In this document: positions 26,201 through 40,089 of the stretch, in pieces
Position numbering within the stretch: the stretch's first letter is position 1
Layout of the letters: every line of letters begins with the position of its first letter
Origin: Balamuthia mandrillaris
Lineage: Eukaryota
Direction of reading: 5' to 3'
DNA: 64,000 nucleotides
Assembly: GCA_031835245.2 (NCBI GenBank)
Contig: JAVKOQ020000001.1
Span: forward strand, 496,001 to 560,000
Translations under genes and position numbers: made by a program
The notes under the pieces: generated by a model
Database searches by the model: none
Seen by the model: only the letters and a program-made list of their open reading frames with translations
What the model was told of the DNA's origin: nothing

Positions 26201-27532
26201 CACATCCAAGAGCACAACCTTACAGCAATATGTATTTACGCTTCTCTTTCTCACTTGTTTTCCGTCGCTTTTTTGCTCATTTTCTTGTTCTGGATGGAAT
26301 GCCGTCTTTTTATATCAGTATGCCGCATACAAAACACAGAAAAGTGGAGCCTACCTGTTTATCCCCTCGGGTCAGAAGGCAGTCACTAGGAGCTACCAGC
26401 AGGGGGTTGTATTCCATGGCCCTTTAGTGCAGGAAGCTCACATCGTTTCCAACAAGATGCACGCCAGTTTCCGTCTCTACAATCCATCCGTGGACGAACC
26501 GTTGTTGTTGCCTGAAGTGGGCAACTTCGTCGAAGTGCAACATCATGTCACTGCCGCCGAGAATGAAGAAGTTATCACTCGGTAATTGCTTCTTCTCTTT
26601 CTTCTCCTTGTGCTGATTACCTAACCCAAAAAAAAAAACTAAATGCAGCTACGAAACTGGTCTCTCTTCTGGTCCTAATTTCTTTACAGACAACGGTTTA
26701 GAGATGCAAAAGAGAGCTCGCGAGCCAGAGCTGAATCTTCGCAGCCATATTCCAGAAGGAGCCTCTCAGCGCATTGAGACGGCCTACTATCCCGTCATCT
26801 CCACTGCATTGCTCAGAGACAGCGACAACCGACTCCAATTCACGGTGTTGGTCAACCAGCCAATGGGTTGCAGCAGTCCTCGAGAGGGCCATTTGGAGTT
26901 CATGCTTGCTCGACACTTAAAGCAAGATGATGGAAGAGGCTTGGGAGAGGGCGTGCGTGATACTGATAGCCTTGTCATTTCGCATTGGCTGCTTATGGGT
27001 CCACCTGAAGAGGCAGAGACTCATCGACGACGAATGGCTTTGCAAATGGATCACCCTCTTTCAGTTCTCTCTCCTGCAAGCGAGCCCTTGGTACCCTCTG
27101 ATTGGAAAGCGGCCTACCATGAAACCTTCCAACCACTCAAAGGTTCGAAGAAAACCTTCTCTCCTTTGTCTTGTCTTTTTTTCCCTTGTGCTTCTTCTAT
27201 GAGTATCCTAACTTATTCTACAACAATACATAGAGGATTTGCCATTCAACATACATCTATTCACACTAAGAGCTGACACCGCCACCGACGAAGTGGTACT
27301 ACGGTTATTGCACCTGAGCGAGGGCACGGCTGGCCCTTTGGCCGCATCTCATCTGCCCTCTGGAGACATGAGGGCCTCGCATACCATCTCCTTGTCCAAC
27401 CTGTGGGATGTCTCTAATGCCATTTCATGGTTTACTGTGGACTCACAAGAACGGTCCCTCTCACTTTATTATGGTATGTATTTCTTTTTATTTGCTTTTT
27501 TTCTTTCTTTCTTTCTTTTCTTTTCTTTTCCT

Positions 27533-27628
<96 letters not shown>

Positions 27629-29210
27629 GCAGTTTTGTTCTTTCTGATCCTGTTATTGCCATACATTTTTTAAAAAATGAATTGCAGATGTGGAAAACAT
27701 TCCGCGAAGACTAGTGTACGATAAATCGGTAGGAATCCAAAACATTGGTAGCACCAATAAACCTACTGGCACACAAACACCGCTTGTATCCCAAAACACA
27801 AGTAATCTCTCACCCTCTCCCTCTCTTCATCTCTTTCCTTTGCTCTGCCTCACTTGTTACTCTTCATTCTCACCTTCTTACCCAACAAAAATAAACAAAA
27901 ACAAACAAAAACAAAACAGAGGAGCAAGGAGTGTTTATATCTGATGCTGCTTTGCAGCTTCAACAACAAGCAAACCCTGAACCAGAGCCTGAGCGAGAAC
28001 AGCGAGCATCCAGATGGCCATCCAATCCAGTAACTCTTTCCCGTCTTTTTCTCTTTCTATTTGCATTACCAGTCCCACCCACAACATTTTCTCTCCCCTC
28101 TTTCTCCCTTTTCCTTCACACAGTCAACCCCATCACCAAGCCAAACCATAACAACAACAAAACAAGAAAGGCCGGTGTCTCGTTTTATGACGAGCCCCAC
28201 AACACCTAGAAGACAGCTTTTGAGCTTGTTGGACATGAATGGCGGTGGTGGGATGGACCCACATGCGCCACTCTCTTCACAGTCTGCTGTCCACCTCTCT
28301 CCTTTGCAGATGAAGTCGTTTGTGTTCACATTGGCCTCTGCCTATCAGCCAAACGTGAGTTTCTCATATTCTCTTCTTCCTGTGCTTCTGCTTCTTGCTT
28401 CTTGCTTCTTCTTCTTCTTCTTCTTCTTCTTCTTCTTCTTCTCCTTCTTCTTCTTCTCACATTTTGAAGAACTGACAAAACTCTAAGCAGCGAATGCAGG
28501 AAATGGAACAGCTTTTGCCGTATCAAATGGAGAAGGAAGAAGAGGAAGAGACGTTAGAACAACAACAAGCAGAGGTAGACGAACAAAGAATGGAAGAAGA
28601 AGAGGAGGAGCAAGCAAATGAGGACTTTTATCGGAAACTTTACGAAACACAAGAGAAAGGGAACGTGGATGAAGAGAGAGTGGGGGGCGGGGTGGTGTTG
28701 GAAGAGGTCGGCGGAGACCGGCACGGTGAAGACGATGCTGCAGCAGGAGAGGAGATTGTTATGGACCATTTGGACAAGGGGGTGGAGGAAGAAAAGGAGA
28801 CGAAGCATAGATTGCTGAACAATAACGTTGGTCTAGAGAAGACTTACGATACCAACAACGTGGTTGAGATTGGACGGACAGCAAAGCCGCCTATGAGCAA
28901 TCTCTTAGTGCCCTCTGGTATTACCTCGTACACCTTTAATCCTTCTTTCTTCTTTGCTCTGGACTATGCTCATAGACACACAAAAAAACCTATATACTCA
29001 GAGCGAGAGTTCTTTGAGACGATGGCGCGGGAGACCGCGAGTGAGCTAGAGTGGGAGCGGCCGCTCATGCTGTTGCTGAGCATTTTGAACATTGGCCTGC
29101 TGGTGGCGCTCTACATACAGATCCACCGCAAGACCTCTTCCTTCCTGAGCAAAGCGACGAGCACCAGCAACACAGCGCTCAGCGAGGAACAGATGCTCAA
29201 GATGGTGTGA
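23238..29210 (+). CDS. GH38 alpha-mannosidase with signal peptide and C-terminal membrane anchor, many exons
   Basis: IPHSHCDPGWLLTF, FVEGGWVQPDEA, AWQIDPFGHS, VPFGDDF, DFFPYADNKDSYWTGYYTTRP, HHDGITGT and QDDGRGLGEG. Confidence 0.92.
27500..27628 (+). repeat. (TTTC)n microsatellite in an intron
   Basis: Direct inspection. Confidence 0.95.
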
Positions 29211-29469
29211 GCACACAGCACGAAAGGGTTTGTCCCTTGTTCTTCTTTTTTGTTTTCCATTTCTTTTTTTTTGGCCCCTCATTTTGGGCTGACGTAATAT
29301 ATGAAAATCGATTGGACTAAAAGTCCGATTTTTTAAAACTCCGGCCTTTTCCCATTTTCTTCCTTTGGGTTGTTTTTTTTTTGCCCCTCATTTTTCCCCC
29401 TTTCTATTTTTTTTTTCAGTCCAGCCAAAAAAGTAGGAGGTAGCACTACTGTTCCGCTGATCCGTCAAC

Positions 29470-30165
29470 ATGGTAGGTCTTCATGGAGCGGCTGTTGTTG
29501 TTTTTTGTGTAGTGTGGGAGGGATATTTTTGTTGTGTGTGACGCTCGAAGATCTCTCTCTGTTGTGGGAGATGAGACCTCACGCTTGATTGATTTTGGCA
29601 AAATTAATTGTGAGTCGTGTTGGTGGTGGTAAAATTCATGATTGTTGATTTTCTTGGGGCTCATTCTCGTTGTCTTTTTTTTGTTTCACTAGCCGAAGGC
29701 CGCCGCGAAGGGAAAGGGAGACGATAAGAAGGGAGGAAAGAGCAAGCAGATCCAAGCCTCCAAGGCTGCTCAGAAGAAGGCTTCCGGAGGAAAGCAGAAG
29801 AAGAAGGTTTGTCGTGATTCTTCTTCTTTCTTCATTACTCCTGTGTGCCATCGTTCTTTTTGGTCACCAAGTCTTACCCCCAATTCTCTCTTTTTTGTTT
29901 TTTACAAATCGAGTAGAAGTGGTCCAAGGGAAAGACAAAGGAAAAGTTGAACAACCAGGTTCTCTTTGACCAGGCCACTTATGACAAGCTCCTCAAGGAG
30001 GTTCCCTCCTACAAGCTGATCACCCCCGCCGTCATTTCTGAGCGCTTGAAGATCAACGGCAGCTTGGCTCGCAGCGCCATCAAGGAGCTCATGGCCAAGG
30101 GATTGATCCGTGAGGTGTGTACCCACGGCTCCGTCTCCATCTACACAAGGGCCACCGCCTCCTAA
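29470..30165 (+). CDS. RPS25: 40S ribosomal protein S25 (eS25)
   Basis: ATG-only first coding exon at 29470, then [63 protein letters not shown]. Confidence 0.95.
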
Positions 30166-30562
30166 ATAGATGAGATTTGAACCGCTCCCTACAACAAAGC
30201 TCTCTTGTTCCAACCGCGATTTTCCTTCTTGGCGTCTCTGCGTGAAGGAAAAGCTCGAAAAAGAGAGGAGGTGGAGAGTTACGGAACAAAAAACAATTCG
30301 ACGATCTTGGATCGGAGGGAGATAGTTGGCAGTTAGTGGGTTCAACACCACTAGGTGCTGCTATTTGTCTTACTTTTTTTTTCTTGTGCTTTCTCTTTCT
30401 CTCTTTTGTCTTTTCTTTCACAAAGTGCTATCCACCCTACTTTTCTTTTTGTCTCCCTTTGCCTTTCCCCGTCTCTCTCCTTGCGTCACGCTACTGTTTT
30501 TCACTTTTATTTGTTGGTTGAACACGCAACAATGGGAATGGGTCGGTTTGCAAGGTGGAGGC

Positions 30563-30993
30563 TTACTCCGGTTTTCGCTCTTCTTCTTGTTGCTGCCGCC
30601 GTTGATCAGGTTGTGGGAAGGAAGTTGGGGGAGGAGGAAGTTGCCAAAATTCTCGCATCTTTCTATCTTTGTACCGCCGCAACTAAAAAAATGGAGTCAA
30701 TATTCCGTGGGGTGGATGTTGTTGTAATGCCGAAAGATAGGAGAGAGACAGAGAGAGGAAGTGAAACGAAAGGTACGTACGGCAGAAAAAGCATGTTCAC
30801 CTTGGATTTGCTCGTATTCGGCGTGGAAGACCATGTAGTAGAAGACGTAGGCGGAAAGGACAAACGTTCCATACTTCCACCATCTGTGCCACCGCGGTGG
30901 GGGAGCCATCTCCACTTCGATGCGACGACGATCGAACCCGCTCTTCCACGAAGGCCCCACCCGGGCCTCTTGCCTCTCTGGATCAATCCCCAT
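30563..30993 (-). CDS. Small single-pass membrane protein (2 exons, ~110 aa), function unknown
   Basis: MGIDPER..WWKYGTFVLSAYVFYYMVFHAEYEQIQGEHAFSA | LRRYKDRKMREFWQL..*, joined in frame by a GT-AG intron at ~30683-30780. Confidence 0.6.
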
Positions 30994-31498
30994 GTGTGCG
31001 CTGTTGTTGCTTTCTTTCTTTTCCGTTTGTTCTTGTCGACGTTTTGTTTTACGTCGACAGCTTTGTTCTTGGAAAATATTCCCATAAAAGGGTCCAATTT
31101 TCGACTTTTTCCATTTTTCCATCGAATTTTCGAATGTTGGCAACTTTATTTTCTCCCTCCTTGCGAAAGGCCACCCCTCGCGTGTTGTTGGCGATAAGAA
31201 ATCGTAAACGAAAAGGAGCGAAGAAGAAAGAAGCCAAGACGCCGAGGAACTTCTACTTCACTTCTGTCGAGTTCTCATCTCTTTTGAGTAAGAGGTATGT
31301 GATAGCGTTTTTTGTTTTTAAACCAGTCCAACGACTAACTTTTTTTTTCTTTCGTTTGTTTTATATTTTTTTGTATTTTTCATATTTCTCCTCGGAAGTA
31401 AAAGAGAGGCTTCGATCTGCTGTGGTATCCTTTAAAAAAAAAAACATCCTCCTCCCTTCTTGAGAGATCGGAAGGGCACGACCCTATAGCAGCCAAGT

Positions 31499-31836
31499 AT
31501 GTGGTCGGGCGTGAGGGGCTTTTTCGACTTTAACCGTGGGGCCATCGACATATTGGTAGTGAGACAGGACGATGGCACGCTCGCCTCTACTCCGTTTCAC
31601 GTTCGCTTTGGCAAAGGCCAACTATCTCCGGAAGAGAACAAGGTAGCCTTTTTGTTTTTAAAACCTGCTTCAACCAAACAACTTTGATCTGAAACGATTT
31701 GTTGTTTGGCAGGTTGAAATTGCAGTGAACGACACTCCTATTCCTGTTTTTATGCACGTTGGCGAGGCCGGAGAAGCTTACTTTGAGAGCAAACCCGAAA
31801 CAGAGGTCTCTACTCTTTATTCTCCTTTCTCTATTC

Positions 31837-31878
<42 letters not shown>

Positions 31879-33890
31879 CACTATTCCTCGCTGCTCTTCT
31901 TCTCTTTTCGTTTGCAACATTCTGAAACCATTTTTGTAAAGACGGAAGAAGAAGGAACCTTGCAACAGCAGAAAAAAGAAGAGGACGCCGAAAAACAAGC
32001 TCACCCTGCCCAAGAAGCCAAAGAGGAAGCCAAAGAAGTTAAACAAGCAAGGGAAGAGGCCAAAGAAGAGATAGCGGAAGGCAAACTACCCAAACCTCCC
32101 ATCGATGATGCTAACCTTCTCAAAGAAGGCAAAGAGGTGAGAACCGTTCTATTCTTTTCTTTCGTTATTTATGCTTTTCGCTTATCATTTGTTTTTCTTG
32201 AAACGAAAAGACCTCACAACAGGGTTCGGGATGGACGTGGGGATGGGGGGTACTTCCTTACAAACGTAACAACAAGGACTCTCCCTCCACCTCTGTGAGC
32301 CCCTCCGCCTCTCCCTCTCTCAGTTCTTCGATGGTCGAACTGCCTGAATTTGAAAGCTTAACCCCATCATCGTCATTCCCCTCCTCATCTACTGCTTCCT
32401 CCAAACAGAGTTCTACGACGTCTTTGTCATCCTCAGCAGAGAATAAGAAGGATGATACCTCTTCTTCCTCTCAACCAAGCAAAGCGTTGGCGATTCCGAA
32501 CAACAAAGAAGAAAGCGCTGCCGCGGCGAAGTCAAGCAGTCCAAATCTGACACAAGGTTCCAAGAAATGGGATATGGGTTCCTTCTTCCGACTATTCAAA
32601 AAGTCAGGGATAGAACCCTATCAAGAGGAACCAATCTATCTCATCAAACCCATCGATGAGGAGCTCTATTATAGCATGTTTGAAAAGGACGAGTTGGAAA
32701 ATGGTGGCGACAAAGGAGGAGAAGACGAGTTGATAGATGAGTACTTTTACAGTGCCATGCACTCTCCTCGGGAACCATCCTCTCCTTCTCCTAGTCATTC
32801 TTTTTATCGGAGAAACAGCTTGCGTGGTAGAAGTAGCAGCAACGGCTTCAACAATTTTGATGACAGTTCGGATAGTGATGATGAAGGTGGATCTGGTTTT
32901 GCTTTTTTGAGAGAAAACGAAAAGGAAAAAGAAGTAGTGAAGGAAGAGAAAGAAGAGAAGAACGCGCTGTTGAAAATGGAAGAGAAATGCAAGGATGAGG
33001 TTATCACGGAGACCAGTAACAAGGAAAATGATGAAAAGAAGGAAAACGGCTTCGTACAAAACGGCCATTCTGACACCTCAAATGAAAAAAGAGAAGGAAA
33101 AGAAAAGGAGGAGGACATCACGATAACGGACTTGGAGGAAAAACACGACGCAGAAGCAAAAGAGCGGAGAGAAAAACTTTTGGATGAAAAGCTGGATCAT
33201 TCCTGCACAGAAGAAACACAACAACAAGGAAAGAAAGAATCAGACGAAAATGGTGTCACTCAGCCGTACAGAATTCCAGTGCCTTTAATTCCATTGAACG
33301 ATGAGAAGCGAGAACAGCACAAGTCCGAGAATAACTCAAAAGCATCAACCAGTGATGCTTCTCATTCAATGGAGAGCGAATGTCACTGGACGGTACACGA
33401 ACTAAGACAACAACTTAATGGACAATCATCGAAAGAAATTGGACATAAGAGCGAAAAACAACAAGAAGAGGACAAGAAAGAACGCAAAGAAGATAAAGTT
33501 GAACAAGAGGAAGAAGAGATTTCTGTCGATCAAATCAAGATAGAGATGTCGTTATGCGGTCATCTACTGCCAAAGTGGACCACTTCCAGCAATCAATTAA
33601 CAACTCCAGCGACAACAGCGACAAATGGAACCAAAAACATTCCAGCCGTTGTTTCTGCTTCTTTGAAAGGAGACGTTATTGCACCTTCCACATCTGTTGA
33701 AGCAAAAGACAACAAGATAGTCAGCACTGTATCGCCACCTGCGGAGAAAGGCGCTGCTCCAGGTGATAGCAAAACGGAGTCTTCTTCGAAAGCTATCGCC
33801 GCACCAAACTCGCCACCCAACTCAGCCGCTGTAAGTATTTGTGCTGTAAGTTCCTTTCTTGTGCTTGATTTTCTCTCTTTTTTGACGTTC

Positions 33891-33932
<42 letters not shown>

Positions 33933-34423
33933 GAATGAAGTGGTTACCAAAGATGCAAGCAAAGAAGGATTGGATGAAATCTTTCGGAAGCATTTGGTAA
34001 CGTACGCTGAATTCTCTAAGAACCCATCCTTGTTGTGGAACAACAACTTGGTATTCAAGATTCAAGACAAGTACGCGTAGCTTCACATCTGCTGCACACA
34101 AAATTAAGCAATACACTTACAGACGAAACAAACTAGATATTATCCACAGACAATAGCAGCACCATTGATGATTTCATTGCTGGTGTTTCGTCGCCCGTTA
34201 CCTCGCTCCGTAATTGAGGACTTGGAGAAAGCTTACATGGCCAAATCCAGTTCAGAAGTTTCTGGCAGGAAAGGGTGGCGAGGGTGGTGGTGGTCTTCTT
34301 CTGCCTCTTCATCCGCTTCCTCCTCTATGACTTCGGTTGGCGATGCAGTGAAAGCGGCTCCTCAGAAGCAAGCTCCAATTGTACGATTGGCTACACTTTT
34401 TTTCTTGTACACCCATGAGTTCT

Positions 34424-34476
<53 letters not shown>

Positions 34477-35717
34477 GCTCTCCCTCTCGCAATTTCCAGA
34501 AATCCGCCAAAGAAGAAATTGCTGAAACGCGTACCTTACGACCCACTTCAGAGCAATTGGTATGTTTATTCATTGTGTTCTCCTTTTGCTTGAACTTATC
34601 TTACTTTTCTTCACTAACCTTTTCTCTATTTCATTAGGTGATGATGAACCTTCGTGAAGGAAAGAATAAGATCACGTTTTCGGTGCGGTTAGGGGATGTT
34701 GTCACACAGGAGGTCACTGCCACCATTTTCCTATGGGGCAGCGATGTCAAGATTGTGATTTCCGACATTGACGGGACCATTACCAAGTACCTACTTCTTC
34801 TTGTTTTTCCTCGTTTCTCTCATCTCTTGTTCTTGTTCTCTCTTCCCGCACACCAAAAGCATTGCGAATAACCAAAATTCACAACATAAAATAGGTCTGA
34901 TTTATTTGGTCATATACTCCCTATATTAGGGAAGGATTGGTCCCATTCAGGAGTGGCGCAGCTTTACTCCAACATTTATGAGAATGGCTATAAAATCTTG
35001 TACCTTTCTTCCCGTTCTATCGGCCAGGTACTATTTCTTTCTTTGTATTTTTTTCCCTATTCTTTTTCTCTTGATTTTTGTTCTAAAGTTTTTCTAAAAA
35101 AGACGAACATAACGAGAGGATTTTTGAGCACTTTGAGACAAGAGGATATCAGCTTACCAGAGGGTCCTGTCTTTACTGCTCCGAATGGCCTTTTGACATC
35201 TGTACATAGAGAAGTACGTCTATGATGCCTATTCTCGTAGCTTCTTTCTTCTTCTAACTGTTCGTTTTATTCTGTTGAAAAGGTAATACGAAGAAAGCCG
35301 GAGGAGTTCAAGATCGCTTGCTTGAAAGACATAAGCGGTCTCTTCCCAAAGAGAAGACCTTATTATGCCGGTTTTGGAAACCGTACAAGCGTAAGCTTTC
35401 TCTCCTATTCTACCAACTCCTTTGCTTTCTTTTGTTCCTTTTTTTTCTCTTTTTGGAGATTAACTTTTTTGTAATAGGATGTAATATCGTATAAGGCGGT
35501 GGGAGTCCCCTCCGGAAAGATATTCACCATCAACCAAAAGGGAGAAATCACCATCACCAACAAAGCCTACAAAAAGTCGTACATGAAACTCAACGATCTT
35601 GTCCATGAAATGTTTCCATCAGTGGGACGGCCTCACGTTCACGAAGAGTTCAACAACTATCAGTACTGGAAACCGCCTTTGCCCGAGTTGGGCGATGAAC
35701 TGGAGGAGTTGGATTAG
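31499..35717 (+). CDS. Lipin / phosphatidate phosphatase PAH1
   Basis: [34 protein letters not shown] catalytic [23 protein letters not shown] and YAGFGNR. Confidence 0.95.
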
Positions 35718-35950
35718 AAAAAAAACAAACAAATAAAAACTTAACGATAGTAGACTCTACGCCACGGTTTTTTTTTTTTGGGTAAACCGAAGGAGTTGCG
35801 CGCATCTCAACCAGGACAGCACAAACGGAGAGAGCCAAGAGAGAGGAGAGCAATCCCTGTATGCGAACGGAGACATAATAAGGCGGCAAAGATCATAAGA
35901 TCTAAGGACAACGAAAAAAGAAATCACACTTGCCGTATTCATTTTGTTGT

Positions 35951-38877
35951 TTAGCTCGTGAAGAGGGGGTGAAGAAAAGCAAAAGTGTGATGCATGCGTT
36001 GAATGGTGGCCAGCTTTTGGTGCACCGACAGACCTTCGGCCTCGAGGTCATGCAAGTCCTCCAAGAAGAGCAGCCGCTGTTCCCCTCTTTCTCTCAGCTG
36101 GGAGGCAGCATTCAACATATCATTCACGTCCAGAATGAGTCTTCCAGACTCCTCAAATCCGAGAAATGTTGGCCCTCTGTCTCCTCCTCTAGTTTGTTTC
36201 TCTTTCTCTTTCTCTTTTTCTTTTCCTTTCTCTGTATGTTGAATTTGTTGATTTTGTTGTTGCGGTAATAGAAGAGGATGATGGTGATGATGGAGATTGA
36301 GAGTGAGTAGACGTTCGAGATCACGCAGCTTTCGACGAAGATGGGAGTGAATATTGCGTCTTAAGTTGATGTGAGTTATCCGTCTATAGACAGTTGTTAA
36401 AAAAGTTCCCAACAGTAACAACACCGGAGTTATTGCCAACAGTTGAAAGTTTAACTCTATGTTCATCGTGCGAATAACGAATAAAAAATTAAATAAAATA
36501 AAAGAAAAGAAAGAGAAAAAAAATGGTACCATTGGAACGCATGAGTTTGTCCAGTACAAGCATCGTTCTGGAGACGTCCACTTTAAGTTTTTGAACTTGA
36601 ATGAGCATAAGCTGAAGCAGATGACCAAACATAGCGTTCACCAACGGGCTCTGTATCTCCTTCTCATAAAGCGGCCTTCAAACAAAGAGCAAGTTAGAGA
36701 TAGAAGAACTAAAGGAGGAGAAGCAATGAAGAAGGTACATGATGGCGGACAAGTCTCCTTCATCGACTTGGTGGATGATGTTCTGTATGTGCATTTCTTG
36801 CCGCGCCAACTTGCTCTGAGTGATGAATTCCTCCACCATTCTTCTCAGCGACTGCGCTTCTGCTGCCATGGCTCTAAAAAAAAAAAAAAAGGACGAACAT
36901 TTTAAAACAACAACTTTCGCAAAAGAATGAGGGGAGAAGATTACGCGTCGCTCATGATCACAAAGGAATGGCGGTTGTAGCGAACTGTGCGGTAGACATC
37001 TTGAAGTGGACGGACCACCCAATTCTTCAGCAGATTGACAGAGGTGACCTGTAGTGCTTGTATACTCTCCATGATCGTAACTCTGTTGTACATAACAGAC
37101 CATACCAAACCTGTATGAAGAGGCTCATGAGTATCATAGCAGAAATTCTAAGAAGGGAGAGAAGGGAATCAAGAAGTAAGTTACCAGAGATGCCAGCGGT
37201 AATGGCGGTATACTTCATCCAATGAGCGGACAGGCGAGAGGGACGGGCATACCGACGGCTCAGCTGCTCCAAGTCTTGAAACATCGTATAAGTAGCCCTA
37301 CAGTTGGCCAACATGATTGAATATGCGTCTATTATAGGGGTGGATGTTCCATTTATTTCTTGTTCTTCGTGTTCCTGTTCTTCGTTGTTTTCATCAAAGG
37401 AGTAAATGTCTTGAAAGATGTCCTCTCCTAAATTTTTGTTCCAATCGTCCATCCAGTCCCGATGGAAGGAAGTGGGAGAATACGTGGAGTACGATGAAGA
37501 GAAGGACGAAAAGAATCCAGCAATCCCTTTTGGCATTTCAGATGATGGTGAATCCAATTGCCTGTACACGATTCATAAAAAGTTAAGCGGGAAAGGGGCA
37601 AACAAGAAGTGGGGATGGAGGAGCATTACAGCAGTTGTGGCAACTCGAAGAATTGAGCCAAAAGCGCTTTAGATTAAAAGCGGGTAAGAAATATGAAAGA
37701 GAAGAGAAGAGAAGAGAAGAGAGGAGAGCAGAGCAGAACTAGAAGTAGAGAAGCAGAGAAGAACACTGTACAATGATTGGCGTATATCAAAGGAGATAGG
37801 CTTGCTTTGCTGGGAGCAATGTCGTAACGAGACATGGCACGAGCCACAACGCCCAACAACGTGAGGACATTTTTCTCCAACATGCTCAAGTGCTGTTGAG
37901 TTCGGGCAAGTGTTATCCATCAAGAAGAAAAAAGAAGGAAGAAGACAGCAGATAAGAACCAAGAAGAACGAAACAAACGAGAGAGAGAGAGAGAAGAAGA
38001 GATGAACAAAGAAGGGAGCCATAATCATTACCAACACGTTTCTGCGGAGCTCTTGGCTAGGATGCAGCATTACAGGCCGCTTCTCCCCTCTTCTTTCTCG
38101 CTGCCTTCTTCCTCCCCTTCTCCTCCGTTCCTCTCCTTCTTTGTGCCTCTCCTCCTTCCTCCACCCAAACCACAGCCTTTGCGCAACATTCCGAGATCCT
38201 TCCATTCCCTCGTCGTCATCCTCCTCCTCCTCCGAAGCATGCACGTTTCGTTGCAACCAGAACCACCCATAGCGCAGCCAGAAAAAGGGAGTCTTCTCGT
38301 AGAGGTACCAATAAGAGGAGGAACGATCGGCCGCCTCCTCCCTCTCCCTCCAACCGCTCAGGTCGGAGGACATGCGGAGGGCCAAAGGCAAGAGGCACTG
38401 GCCCAGGCACTGGTTGAAGGCAATGGCGGAGAGGGCCAGCAGGTAGCGTTGAGCGTCCTTCAGCACCTCATCTTCTGCTGCTGCTTCACTCTCATCGGGT
38501 GAAGATTTGAAGAAAAAAGAGCGCAACTCAGAGAGAAGGTCCTCCAAGCGAAGAAAGAAAGCCTTGGAGGAGAGCAAAGCAGTGAGAGAGGTGTCCTCTT
38601 CTTGCGTGTTGTTGTGGGCGTTGTTGTTGCCATTGTTGTTGTTGGTAAAAGCGGATTCCTTTCGAAGAGCGGCAAAGAAAGCGAGCGCCTCGCTCAGCTT
38701 TTTTTGCTCTTCGCTCGATAAGACTTGTTGTGAGGATGAAGAAGCTCCCTCTGAAGATTGAGAAGGAGAGGGAGGAGGGGGGAGCTGAACGGTGCCTCGC
38801 TGTTGTTCGATCCAGGCGTAGCCAGCAAACAAGCTATCCAGGTGTCGCCTGTTCCGTTCTGCTTTGGTGGCGAACAT
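35951..38877 (-). CDS. NCA2 / DGS1-like mitochondrial membrane protein, multi-exon
   Basis: RPSRLSAHWMKY, EAQSLRRMVEEF, ELNFQLLAITP, GRLILDVN and LEDLHDL..SVHQKLATIQRMHHTFAFL resemble the NCA2 domain. Confidence 0.7.
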
Positions 38878-39099
38878 CCTTCTCTTGTTGCTTTTTTCTT
38901 CTATTTGCCGACTGTTGGGGTTTTTGCCGACTTTTTAGACAATTTTTTGCCGCATCGGAAGTTTTTTTCAGCGCTGACATCATCCAACGGAGCGGAAAAG
39001 TCGTGGTGCCTGCCGATGAAATCCCCGTTCATGCACTTTGGAGAGGGCAACAACACTGGAGATTCAAGAAAGTTTACTCTAAGAAAAAGTGGGGGGCGG

Positions 39100-39712
39100 C
39101 TAGTTGATCCCAACAAGGAGGTCCTTGTGCATAGCGGGAGTAGGTTGCTTCTCCACCATCACCACCACCGCAAAGCTGATTTTCAGCAACAACCAGTCAC
39201 AATCCTGGCTCTGCCACTGCCCCTGGAACACTGGGGGACGCCTCAGCACGCACTGACAGTCGGGCGGCCCGTTCTCCTCGCAGAGGTTGGGGCTGAAGGC
39301 GGGGCTCCCGCCTACTACGGTCCAGTTGCCGGTGGTTGTGGTGGCGCAGTTGTCTAAAAGGGAGTCCAGGACGAAGAGGGAGTAGTCGCCAGGGCCGGCC
39401 TCCATGACCAACGTGTAGTAATAGGTCCCTTTGGCACCTTCGCGTGTGCCTTTGTATACGCCGCGAGGGTCACAAACCTTCCCGTCGTTGGCTCCCTCGT
39501 AAGCATGACTGAGGAAAGAAGGTCATGAAGAGCATGGGGATGGGGTAAGGAAAATACAGCCAATATAGCAGAAAAAACAAAAAAAAAAAAAAAACAAACA
39601 AACGAAAACTGTACCGTGCTGGGCGAGCATTCGCGGACAACACAACGGTCGTAAGACTTAAGGCCAGGATCACTAATAATACTACTTTGAGCATGTTGCT
39701 TTGTTTCTTCAT
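39100..39712 (-). CDS. Hypothetical secreted Cys-containing protein (2 exons)
   Basis: Signal-peptide-like MLKVVLLVILALSLTTVVLSA; splice ~39614 to 39509 gives HAYEGANDGKVCDPRGVYKG..CEENGPPDCQC. Confidence 0.55.
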
Positions 39713-40089
39713 CCAAGCGTTAAGGGTTGTTGCCTGTTCTATATACAGTTGCGCGAAGCGACGCTTTAGTGGTACCTTAAAATTATAAGGCGTTTCCTGC
39801 AAAAATGCTGAAATAGTTGTGCACCAACGGAGCACAACTGTTAATGCCTTCCACGACGACGTGATGAGGACTCCCTGAAGAAGAAAGCAAAGAAAAAGTA
39901 GAAGTGGGAATAAGTCGATCTGCGCCCTTCGATCCCGCGATAACAGAATCGAAGAAGAACTCCCCCCTCTAAGGCCCCTTTTGAAAAGAGTTTTTAGAGA
40001 AACTCAAGAGCTAGCCATAAAGCCCAATTTTTGATTTTTTTTTTTTTTCGGTGGAGACAAATCTTTTTCTTTCTTTCTTTTGATCCCAA

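Noticed and set aside
29473..29692. Intronic snoRNA in the long first RPS25 intron (also looked for in one fibrillarin intron)
   Set aside because: No convincing box C/D pair or H/ACA structure seen.
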